From positions 1,088,001 to 1,152,000 of the forward strand of contig CBDBEV010000001.1 of assembly GCA_965204535.1 (NCBI GenBank): a DNA stretch of 64,000 nucleotides. The letters are read 5' to 3'. The position numbers and the translations under genes are program-made. The notes beneath the pieces are model-generated. The model had not been told where the DNA came from. It made no database searches and was given only the letters and a program-made list of their open reading frames with translations. The stretch comes from a bacterium. GTDB taxonomy: Bacteria > UBA8248. The stretch's first letter is position 1; each line of letters starts with the position of its first letter. Shown here piece by piece: positions 48,943 through 56,966 of the stretch.

Positions 48943-49090
48943 GTGCGCCAGGCTAACTGGTGCGAGTGCAGCCGGTGAGAGTCCGGCGGGAGGGAGAAGG
49001 CCAGCCACCACCTCCACCCGAGTCATGGGCCGCTACCCGCGAGGGTGGGGGTCAAGCGTTGACGGGGGCGCGTGCGTGCGGGGCTATCGA
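48943..49090 (+). mobile_element. 5' fragment (domain I) of a group II intron
   Basis: Starts GTGCG; contains GCCGGTGAGAGTCCGGC hairpin and CCCGAGTCATGGGCCGCTACCCGCGAGGGTGGGGGTCAAGCGTTGACGGGGG, typical of bacterial IIB-type intron domain I; no RT ORF or domain V. Confidence 0.65.
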
Positions 49091-49212
49091 TACGTCCCCT
49101 GCGCTATCTCGACCCGTAGATTATCGTCATTCCAGCGTCATCCCCGACCAAAGAGAGGGGAGGGGGGATACGGAAGTTTCGTCTTTTGCTTTCGTAGGGA
49201 CAGGAGAACGTC

Positions 49213-49506
49213 ATGTCGAACGGGGAAGCCGAGGCGCTCTTGAGCGATGAGGCGCTTTATGATCGCGCCGATGCGGAGGGGGGCGAGTCCTTTCCCGCCA
49301 AGGTCGTGGATCGCCTTCTGGCCGGTCAAAACCCCATTCGCGTTTATCGGGACCATCGCGGTATGACGCAGGGCGCTCTGGCCGCCGCAGCCGGTATCCA
49401 CCCGGTCTACCTCTCCCAAATCGAGACGGGCAAGCGTACAGGCTCGGCGAAGACGCTCGCCGCCATCGCCGAGACCCTGGGCGTCGCCGTGGACGACCTG
49501 ATTTAG
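49213..49506 (+). CDS. XRE-family HTH protein (orphan antitoxin-like)
   Basis: VVDRLLAGQNPIRVYRDHRGMTQGALAAAAGIHPVYLSQIETGKRTGS. Confidence 0.82.
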   Translation: MSNGEAEALLSDEALYDRADAEGGESFPAKVVDRLLAGQNPIRVYRDHRGMTQGALAAAAGIHPVYLSQIETGKRTGSAKTLAAIAETLGVAVDDLI

Positions 49507-49527
49507 GGGAGCGGGGTACCCTGTAGT

Positions 49528-49555
49528 GTAGGGGTCGTTCGCGAACGACCCCTGC
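49528..49555. repeat. GTAG-type REP, identical to 50393-50420
   Basis: GTAGGGGTCGTTCGCGAACGACCCCTGC. Confidence 0.85.
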
Positions 49556-50211
49556 TAATCCGGGTTCTCGCCGACCCGGGGATAGGCGACCTTTCCCCAT
49601 TTCGACCCTGGGTTTTCCTCCATAACGTCGAGAATCGCCGGGACGATGTCCTCCATGATCTGGCGGCCTTGTTCGAGTTGTGTCCGCCCCCAACCTTCCT
49701 GAAACGTCATGCCCCCGTGGAAGACCTGGTTGCGCAGTTGATACAGCCGCCAGAAAATTTCCCGGAAAACGCCGAATATATTCTCGCTTTCCAGGTGTTC
49801 CCAAAAGCCGTCGTTTTTCCGCTTGAATTGCGCGTGCCAGTCCACGCCCCCCGGCTCGTCGCGTACCCACTGCCAGAACGCTTTGAATGCGTACCGATTA
49901 TCCAGAATATCCTGGATCTGCTCGTTATAGGTTTCCAGAAGAATACTCTTTATCTTCTTCCCGTTCCGCTCATCGTGGTATATGACCTTTCTCAAGAATG
50001 TATTGATCCTTTGGGTCTCGTTGGGGCCACCCCCATCCGCGCCGCTCGGCTCGCCGCCATAGGCCGCGTTGAACGCGATCCACAGGCAGATGAATTTCTC
50101 CTCATCGGATTCGACATTCTTGCTCTGTGCCAGCCAACTCCGCGCTCTTCGCATCCGGTGCTCGTTGTGTTCGCTTTGGGGTATCTCGTCGCTGGTTCGG
50201 GTCATCGCCAT
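49555..50211 (-). CDS. HEPN-domain protein (ApeA-like), putative RNase toxin
   Basis: RARSWL, FICLWIAFNAAYG, and R-x4-H motif LYQLRNQVFHGG; RBS AAAGGA. Confidence 0.8.
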   Translation of the reverse strand: MAMTRTSDEIPQSEHNEHRMRRARSWLAQSKNVESDEEKFICLWIAFNAAYGGEPSGADGGGPNETQRINTFLRKVIYHDERNGKKIKSILLETYNEQIQDILDNRYAFKAFWQWVRDEPGGVDWHAQFKRKNDGFWEHLESENIFGVFREIFWRLYQLRNQVFHGGMTFQEGWGRTQLEQGRQIMEDIVPAILDVMEENPGSKWGKVAYPRVGENPD

Positions 50212-50244
50212 GAGTCCTTTTGTTGTTTGATAACGTCGGATCGT

Positions 50245-50340
50245 AAAAAGCGACCTCCCCGACTACTCCGCCTTCCATCGCTGGAGGCTGGAGAGGACCC
50301 CCTGGGTCCTTGTCATCGGGGAGGAACCTTGAGAACGTGG
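50245..50340 (-). ncRNA. predicted structured leader/ncRNA upstream of the HEPN gene
   Basis: Closing stem CCTCCCCGA (50254-62)/TCGGGGAGG (50316-24) enclosing two hairpins (50266-93, 50294-310); U-run follows on the minus strand; promoter-like -35 TAGAAT/17 bp/-10 TATATT at 50375-50347. Confidence 0.55.
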
Positions 50341-50392
50341 CTCGGCAATATACTTCACCCGGTTAGCGGATTCTATAGACGGCGCGCATCCC

Positions 50393-50420
50393 GTAGGGGT
50401 CGTTCGCGAACGACCCCTGC
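50393..50420. repeat. GTAG-type REP, identical to 49528-49555
   Basis: GTAGGGGTCGTTCGCGAACGACCCCTGC. Confidence 0.85.
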
Positions 50421-50548
50421 ATTCCAGACAGTGGTTTCACTCACCGACCTTGCCCCATACATGCGGATAAGCGATATTCCACGCTTTGAGTCAGAAGCCG
50501 GAGCGCGCGGGCGGCGGATAATCATTTCAGGAAAGGGAGAAAAAACGC

Positions 50549-51265
50549 ATGACGTATTTCTACAAGACGGACGAGATGGCGAAGAACCTCGCGGGCGCGG
50601 CCTACAGCTCGGCGGCGGGCGCGTGGGTGACGGGCGAGCGGCTCATATTCGGCAAGATGCGCATGCCGGCCGGGACGCGCTCGGAAGCGCACGCCCACGC
50701 GAACGAGCAGTTCGGCTATTGCCTGGCAGGCAGCTCTCGCCTGAACATCGAAGGCGATGTTCACGTATTGACGCCCGGCGACATTGCCTACCGGCCCGCG
50801 AACGCCGTGCACGCGGCCGAGATACTGGGCGATACGGACTACGAGTTCATCGTGGCGAAAGACACCGCGACGACGATTGAAGGCACGCCCACCGAGATGA
50901 AGCAGACGGCGGATCACGTTCCCTATTTCTACGACACCGAGGCGATGGAGAAGGGCCTGGCGGGCGAGGCCTACAGCCCCACCGAGGGCGTCTGGGTGAC
51001 GGGCGAGCGAATCATCTTCGGCAAGATGCGCATTCCCGCAGGAGCCAGGGCGGAGCCGCACTCCCACCCCAACGAGCAGTTCGCCATCGTCCTGTCGGGT
51101 GCTGCGCGCGCGACCATCGGGGGCGAGACGGCGACGGTCACCGCGGGCGACATCGTCCACATGCCGGCGGACGTCGTCCACTCGGTCGAAATCGTCGGCG
51201 ATGAGGACTACGTCTTCGTGACGGCCAAGGACACCTCCTGGGGCATTCAGGGGATTAAGGTGTGA
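50549..51265 (+). CDS. bicupin protein (two near-identical cupin domains)
   Basis: Repeated WVTGER.IFGKMR.PAG..E.H.H.NEQF...GDI...PA..VH..EI.GD.DY.F..AKDT. Confidence 0.88.
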   Translation: MTYFYKTDEMAKNLAGAAYSSAAGAWVTGERLIFGKMRMPAGTRSEAHAHANEQFGYCLAGSSRLNIEGDVHVLTPGDIAYRPANAVHAAEILGDTDYEFIVAKDTATTIEGTPTEMKQTADHVPYFYDTEAMEKGLAGEAYSPTEGVWVTGERIIFGKMRIPAGARAEPHSHPNEQFAIVLSGAARATIGGETATVTAGDIVHMPADVVHSVEIVGDEDYVFVTAKDTSWGIQGIKV

Positions 51266-51286
51266 GGGGATTACTTTCAGATGATT

Positions 51287-52432
51287 TTAGAGTTCGAGGT
51301 CTGATGGAATTTTGTATCGTCTTTTTACGGGCCATGGGTCATGAGTTATGCCATCATCTCGGATGTTTCCAAAGGCTGGCGATGTCATTGAACGTTGAAG
51401 GCGTTGAATAGCAGCATTGCGGATTCTGCTAGGCAGGGCTTCCCACCAATCAGGTTGTATATGGACGTTTTCACAATACTCGAAAAAGCATCGCAACAAC
51501 GCGGCCGTCACTGACTTATCGGGGATTTCATCCAAACTTTTTATGAATGCACGGCATGATTGGGCATTCTCGGATAGCCACGTGAATGCTACAACTCCAC
51601 ATTCTCCACCAAAAAAGGAGGTGAAGAAGAGCAGATCGGGGATTTCATCCCCCACCACACTTTGTAGTTTGACTCCCTTGAAATCTTGCTCAGGATAGAA
51701 TCCGCCACTACCCATAACTGGCGGTGGATATGCTAATTCTATGATATATGCTCGCACGGCATCGAAATTCTGTGTTTCGAGGATTTTATCAGATATTGAT
51801 TTGTAGTAGCTTAATTTGCGAAGTCCTGCTTCGATAGCCGGTAGGTACTCTTGATAAAATCCTTGAACCTTAAATTGTTCACTTAGTGGTTTTCCTTTAT
51901 CCGCATGATTTCGGGCTAATTCTGCCGAGTTCCTCTGTCCACGCTTGGCGTAGAGTTCTCTGGTTAGTGCCCGGTATCCGAGCAAGAAGCATTGCTCAGG
52001 TGTACCGCAGAATGCCTGTTTCTCTATTGGTGCAAAAATAGCGTCATCGTGATAGGAACAGAATCCTGTAAATGTTGAAGCCTTGTTGATCCCTAACGAC
52101 TCTGGTTTCAATTTCTCTTGGCTCTTTAGCCGTTTGTTTTCATCAAAGGGTCTTATACTTGGATTAAAAGAGTATACGTGTCCTTTGCGTGCGATTTGTT
52201 TAAGACTTCCAGATTTCGGTACGGTATGTGCTTCGACAATCTTGCCGCTACATTTGCTCTGCCGTGAGTCTGGTGCGAGGCATATCCCGTCACTAAACGC
52301 TTGTTTGTAGAGCTTAAGAGCTTCCCAAGGTTTTAGTGGCGGTTGATTCTCTCGATCAAGATGGCAGTGTTTATATTTCTTCCCAGATCCACACCAGCAT
52401 GGCTCGTTACGACCAATCTTTCCTCGTGACAC
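51287..52432 (-). CDS. SEC-C motif protein of unknown function
   Basis: GRNEPCWCGSGKKYKHCH at the N-terminus; GTG start 1 nt after the higA stop; visibly AT-richer than its flanks. Confidence 0.82.
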   Translation of the reverse strand: MSRGKIGRNEPCWCGSGKKYKHCHLDRENQPPLKPWEALKLYKQAFSDGICLAPDSRQSKCSGKIVEAHTVPKSGSLKQIARKGHVYSFNPSIRPFDENKRLKSQEKLKPESLGINKASTFTGFCSYHDDAIFAPIEKQAFCGTPEQCFLLGYRALTRELYAKRGQRNSAELARNHADKGKPLSEQFKVQGFYQEYLPAIEAGLRKLSYYKSISDKILETQNFDAVRAYIIELAYPPPVMGSGGFYPEQDFKGVKLQSVVGDEIPDLLFFTSFFGGECGVVAFTWLSENAQSCRAFIKSLDEIPDKSVTAALLRCFFEYCENVHIQPDWWEALPSRIRNAAIQRLQRSMTSPAFGNIRDDGITHDPWPVKRRYKIPSDLEL

Positions 52433-52433
52433 T

Positions 52434-52688
52434 TCATTCCTCTTGGTTCTTCTGGGCGAAGTCATAGTCCGTCTGGAGGCGGTACCATACATCCGCCCCT
52501 CCGCCGAAGGCTTTATCGAGGCGAATCGCCATCTCGGGCGAGATGCCCGAACGGGAGTTTACGAGGCTCGAGAGCTCCTTGCGGCTCACGCTCAGTTTTC
52601 GCGCGGCTTCTGTCACGCTTAAAGAGAGCGGCTCCAGGCAGTCATGCCGCACGGAAAGGCCGGGGTGGGGTAAATTCTTCATAGGCAT
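52434..52688 (-). CDS. higA: HigA-family antitoxin (orphan, C-terminally short)
   Basis: [47 protein letters not shown]. Confidence 0.85.
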   Translation of the reverse strand: MPMKNLPHPGLSVRHDCLEPLSLSVTEAARKLSVSRKELSSLVNSRSGISPEMAIRLDKAFGGGADVWYRLQTDYDFAQKNQEE

Positions 52689-52836
52689 TTCTCTTATTTT
52701 CTCCTGTGACGGACCGAGATAATTATTTCGGCGTTGACTTTACCACGTAACCGAATTTTTCATATATTCACTACAAAGGATTGGGACTTACCCGGTCGAC
52801 AAGAGGCCCCTGAAGCGTTCGGGGGCTTTTTGTTTT

Positions 52837-53496
52837 CTACGGCCCCAGCCGTTCCACGCGCCAATCACCACTATCCTCCAGCGTATATCGCACGCGGTCG
52901 TGGAGGCGGCTGTCGCGGTGCTGCCAGAATTCAACGCAATGCGGCTTCAGGACGTAGCCGCCCCAGTGGGGGGGGCGCGGAACCTCTTGCCCCAAGTATT
53001 CTTGTTCCAGGGCGCGTTCTTGCTCTTCGAGCCAGGCGCGGGAGGGGACTACGCGGCTTTGGGGCGACGCCCACGCGCCGATTTGGCTTGCGCGCGGGCG
53101 GGTGGCGAAATAGGCGTCTGAGATATTTTCGGGCAGCTTTTCCACGACGCCCTCTACGCGCACCTGCCGGGCGGGGGGTTTCCAGTGGAAGACGAGGGCG
53201 GCCCTCGCGTCGCGCGCAAGCTGCTCGGCCTTGTCGCTCTCGTAGTTCGTGAAGAAGGGGAAGTCCGGCTCCGCGTAGCCCAAGTCTGCGAGGTCCTTAT
53301 ACAGCACGATGCGGGCGGCGGGCGCGCCGTCCGGCCCCACCGTGGCGAGCGTCATCGCGTCCTCGCGCGGGATGCCCGCGCTTCTCGCCTGCGCGTACCA
53401 GCGGCGGAACTGTTCGATGGGATCGCTATCAACGCTTGTGACGTCGAGGGCTTCCGCCGCCATCTGCTGAATTAAATTCTCATCCATTTCATTCAT
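52837..53496 (-). CDS. pdxH: pyridoxamine 5'-phosphate oxidase
   Basis: DPIEQFRRW, AMTLAT, ARIVLYK, FFTNYES, RQVRVEG, SQIGAWASPQS, EFWQHRDSRLHDR, RLGP. Confidence 0.95.
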   Translation of the reverse strand: MNEMDENLIQQMAAEALDVTSVDSDPIEQFRRWYAQARSAGIPREDAMTLATVGPDGAPAARIVLYKDLADLGYAEPDFPFFTNYESDKAEQLARDARAALVFHWKPPARQVRVEGVVEKLPENISDAYFATRPRASQIGAWASPQSRVVPSRAWLEEQERALEQEYLGQEVPRPPHWGGYVLKPHCVEFWQHRDSRLHDRVRYTLEDSGDWRVERLGP

Positions 53497-53525
53497 CGCT
53501 CATTGCTCAGTCAGGCGGCGGATTC

Positions 53526-53840
53526 GGGGGTGTGGAAGAAGTCCTGATTTCGTGATTCCACGTATGGAACCGATTATGGAGGGATGAAACTTTACTCTTC
53601 CCTTGCAGAGTGTCAACCAACCACTCCCCTCTTGAGGGGGAGTCGAAGAGCTGAGGGCGTAAGCCCGAAAGCGATTCGGTGGGGGTATAATTCGGGATGA
53701 CAAGAAAACTCATTTCCCCCCACCGATTCAGCCTTCGCACAAACCGCTCGGTTTCATCGACTCCCCCTCAAGGGGGGAGTGAACTTCAAAAACGTGCGCA
53801 AAACTCAAATTCGCTTCCCGTAAACTTTTTCAACAACCCT
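53526..53840. mobile_element. non-autonomous element with IS1182-like ends (315 bp)
   Basis: Left GGGGGTGTGGAAGAAGTCC, right CTTTTTCAACAACCCT, ATTC duplicated on both flanks; interior nearly identical to 39148-39300. Confidence 0.72.
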
Positions 53841-53854
53841 ATTCAGAGCCGCTA

Positions 53855-54322
53855 CTATTTCCCCGCCACGCCGACCTGCACGATGCGGGCCTTGTCCACG
53901 CCCGCGACGCCCACGTACTTGAAGGGTTTGCCGTCCAGTACGCGCGCCTGAAATCCCTGGACGACCACCTTCTTGGCCCCGCTCAAGAGCGCGGCGAAAG
54001 GAGCGGCCTGCGACTTGGCGTTCACGTTGGTCGGGAACTTGAAGCTCATTCCCGGAATGTTGGTGAACTCGACCCGGCCCTTCTCGTCGCTGACCCAGAA
54101 CTCCGATATAGCGGAATTGTTCGCCACCTTCGTGAGGACGGCGTTGATTTCGGCTTTGCTCATGCCCGCCTTGACGGCCGCGGCGATGAAGTGCGCCGTC
54201 AGGGTCGCTTCGGCGACCATGTGCTTCGAGACGGCATCGTCCATCGCGCGGGCGCTCTTCACCCCGACGCTTAAGGTGATGCAAACTCCGAGGATGAGGG
54301 CGGCGATCAGGGTCTTTTTCAT
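53855..54322 (-). CDS. secreted protein, stand-alone Cache-like sensor domain
   Basis: Signal peptide; ISEFWVSDEKG..DGKPFKYVGVAGVDKARIVQVG resembles extracellular sensor domains; RBS GGAGG. Confidence 0.65.
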   Translation of the reverse strand: MKKTLIAALILGVCITLSVGVKSARAMDDAVSKHMVAEATLTAHFIAAAVKAGMSKAEINAVLTKVANNSAISEFWVSDEKGRVEFTNIPGMSFKFPTNVNAKSQAAPFAALLSGAKKVVVQGFQARVLDGKPFKYVGVAGVDKARIVQVGVAGK

Positions 54323-54396
54323 CGGGTTTCCTCCGGGTTTTGGATAGAGCGCAAGATTCGGCGAGATGATACTAGGCGCGCAAACGCGCACGCAAG

Positions 54397-54663
54397 AGGG
54401 TTGTTGAAAAGCCCTCCTGAGGAGGGGAGGATTCGGTAGGGGTCGCATACATGCGACCCGGCCTTTTCTTCCGAGCATGGGACATATGTATGCGTCCCCT
54501 ACACACCCCCTCGAATAACGACTGTAGGGGCGTCGAACTTCCCGAAGAGGGGAGTTCGACCGTGCCCGCCCTTCCATCGTATTCACTCCGACATCGGACA
54601 GGCACGGGGGCCTGTCCCTACGAACCCCTCACCCCTTATTAAAGGGGCTTTTTCAACGACCGC
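54397..54663. mobile_element. non-autonomous element with IS1182-like ends (267 bp)
   Basis: Left AGGGTTGTTGAAAAGCCC, right GGGCTTTTTCAACGACCGC, 5-bp duplication GCAAG (54392-96 / 54664-68); interior of GTAG-type REPs. Confidence 0.72.
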
Positions 54664-54696
54664 GCAAGTGAGCGAATCCGCGCCGCAGCTTCGCGC

Positions 54697-55404
54697 TCAG
54701 GCGTCTTTTTTCACCGCCTGTACGTCGTTCTGCGCGGGGTCGCTGGGGTGGACCCTGTCGGGCATGATGTAGGGGGCCTGGATCTCGAAGATGTCCTGCG
54801 TGCGGCAGTACCGGGGGCCGCCCAGCCTGCCCACGGGCTGGAGCTTCGCCGGGTCGATGTAGATCTTCTCCCCATCGATGAGCAGCATATCCTCGCGTAC
54901 GTGCCAGCGCAGCACCTCCCCGATGATCAAGTGCGTCACCCATTCGTCTCCGAAGGGAATCATGCGCTCGAAGCGGCACTCCATCGCCACCGGGGCGTCC
55001 TTGATGCGGGGCGCATCCACGAGGTCCGAAGGGGCCATCTCCAGACCCGCCGCCTCGAACTCGCTTTCATCGGGTGCGAAGTTTCCCGAGGAGGCGTTCA
55101 TGGCCTCCTCCCAGCCGTTCACCACCGTGTGGATGACGTAGCCCTTGGTGTCCAGAATGTTGCGCGCGGTGTCCTTGGGCCTCATCTCGCCCTCGCTGAT
55201 GGATATCCGCTCGCCGACGGAGATCGACGCCATCGGCGGATGGTGCGACACCATGGTGAAGAAGCTGAAGGGCGCCAGGTTCGCCACGCCGTCCGCGCTC
55301 ATCGTGCTCACCCAGGCGATGGGCCGGGGGACGACCGATCCGATGAGCAGGCGGTAGATCTGCTGGGGATTGATCTCTGAGGTGTTGAAGACGCGGTAAT
55401 TCAT
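54697..55404 (-). CDS. flavin reductase-like protein (DIM6/NTAB family)
   Basis: VVPRPIAWVST, NLAPFSFF, KDTARNI, VGRLGG..Y. Confidence 0.9.
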   Translation of the reverse strand: MNYRVFNTSEINPQQIYRLLIGSVVPRPIAWVSTMSADGVANLAPFSFFTMVSHHPPMASISVGERISISEGEMRPKDTARNILDTKGYVIHTVVNGWEEAMNASSGNFAPDESEFEAAGLEMAPSDLVDAPRIKDAPVAMECRFERMIPFGDEWVTHLIIGEVLRWHVREDMLLIDGEKIYIDPAKLQPVGRLGGPRYCRTQDIFEIQAPYIMPDRVHPSDPAQNDVQAVKKDA

Positions 55405-55441
55405 CGTGTGTCCCTCATGTCGTAAGGGGAAAGGGCGCGGC

Positions 55442-56548
55442 TCAGTTCCAGGCGGCCGTCTGCGGTTCTAGCCGCGCGGGGTTCGTGTCCGCGAGGAGCG
55501 GCATCACCTCACGCCCGAAAATCTCGGCTTCTTCCAGATGCGGCCAGCCGGAGAGGATGAAGTTGCGGACGCCCAGGTCGACATATTCCCTGAGCGCAGA
55601 AGCCAGCATTTCCGGCGTGCCGACCAGCATCGCCGCCGCGCCCGAGCGCACCTTGTTCACGCCCATCCAGAGGGTATCCGTGAGCCAGGGGGAGCCGCCC
55701 TCATACAACTCGTTCATGCGGCGCTGGCCCTCGCTCTCGGAGCGATTCCGCTGGTCGGCCCACATCCGCGTGTTCTCGAGCGCGCTGTCTTCTAACAGCG
55801 CCTCCGCCGCGCGTCGGGCTTCCTTCTTGCTCTCGCGGCACATCACGTGGAGCCTCAAGCCGAAGCGCAGGTCGTCGCGCCCGATTTCCTGAGCGCGGCG
55901 GCGCATGTCGGCGGCGTCTTGGGCGACCTGCTCGGGCGCCACCGCCCACATCATGTGCACGTCGGCGTGCTTGGCCCCCACGCGGCGGCCGGCGTCCGAG
56001 CTTCCGCCCAGGAATATCGTGGGGTGCGGTTTCGATACGGCCCTGGCGTAGAGGGTGGCGTTTTCGATCCGGTAGTACTCGCCCGAATAACTCACCGGTT
56101 CATCGCTCGTCCAGAGCGCCTTCACGACGTCGAGAAACTCCTCCGTTCGCGCGTATCGCTCCGCGTGGTCGAGGTGATCGCCGTATCGTTTCTGATCCAC
56201 AGGCGTCGAGCCCGTCACCACGTTCACGGTGAGCCGCCCGCCCGTCACGGCGTCGTAGGTGTTCGCCTGCTGGGCGGTGAGGACGGGACTGGCGAGTCCG
56301 GGGCGGAAGGCCACGCAGAACTTGATGCGTTCTGTACGCTGCGCGACGGCCAGGGTGATCATCCAGGCGTCCAGGCAGTGCGTGCCCGTCGGCACGAGGA
56401 GGTTCACGAAGCCCGCCCCTTCCGCCGCGCGCGCGACTTGCGCGATGTATTCCACCGTCGGGGGACGCTCGGGCGTCTTGGCGTTGATGGTGTGGCCGTC
56501 GCCGTATCTTCCCGTCGGCAGAAACCATGCGTATTCGGTGGAGTTCAC
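55442..56548 (-). CDS. LLM-class flavin-dependent monooxygenase (SsuD-like)
   Basis: WFLPT..DG, AEGAGF..LLVPTG..CLDAW, VAFRPG, NVVTG, FILSGWPHLEEA. Confidence 0.9.
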   Translation of the reverse strand: MNSTEYAWFLPTGRYGDGHTINAKTPERPPTVEYIAQVARAAEGAGFVNLLVPTGTHCLDAWMITLAVAQRTERIKFCVAFRPGLASPVLTAQQANTYDAVTGGRLTVNVVTGSTPVDQKRYGDHLDHAERYARTEEFLDVVKALWTSDEPVSYSGEYYRIENATLYARAVSKPHPTIFLGGSSDAGRRVGAKHADVHMMWAVAPEQVAQDAADMRRRAQEIGRDDLRFGLRLHVMCRESKKEARRAAEALLEDSALENTRMWADQRNRSESEGQRRMNELYEGGSPWLTDTLWMGVNKVRSGAAAMLVGTPEMLASALREYVDLGVRNFILSGWPHLEEAEIFGREVMPLLADTNPARLEPQTAAWN

Positions 56549-56596
56549 GTTCGCTCATCCTTCGCGATGCGGATAGAAAAGGGCGGCCTGCCGCAT

Positions 56597-56894
56597 GGGG
56601 TTGTTGAAGAAGTCCTTACGGATCGAGCCAAACCATTCTCCCCTTGTAGAACCCCCAACAACCACTCCCCCCTTGAGGGGGAGTCGCGGAAACCAAGCCC
56701 TTGGGCGAAGGTTGACGCGGTGGGGGGACACGCCACAGAAAATGCTCCCCCCACCGATTCAGTTCTCGCATAAAACGCTCGGCTTCATCGTCTGGCTTTC
56801 CCCTCGGGAAGCCAGACCCTCAAGGGGGGAGTGAATCTTGCTCTTTCATCGGGTGAGCCAAACCCTCGTTCATCAGGGGTTTTTCAACAACCCC
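56597..56894. mobile_element. non-autonomous element with IS1182-like ends (298 bp) inserted in a terminator loop
   Basis: Left GGGGTTGTTGAAGAAGTCC, right GGGGTTTTTCAACAACCCC, GCAT duplicated; empty site rebuilds AAAAGGGCGGCC-TGCCGCATG-GGCCGCCC. Confidence 0.78.
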
Positions 56895-56966
56895 GCATGG
56901 GCCGCCCGTATATCCAGAAAACCTCTTGCTCATCCCCAAAAAGGGAAGTTTCTTTCGGCTCTTCGA

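Noticed and set aside
50245-50324. Hammerhead ribozyme or tRNA reading of the HEPN leader (CCGAUGA next to a hairpin)
   Set aside because: Lacks the CUGAUGA and GAAA core, and has no tRNA T-loop/D-loop consensus.
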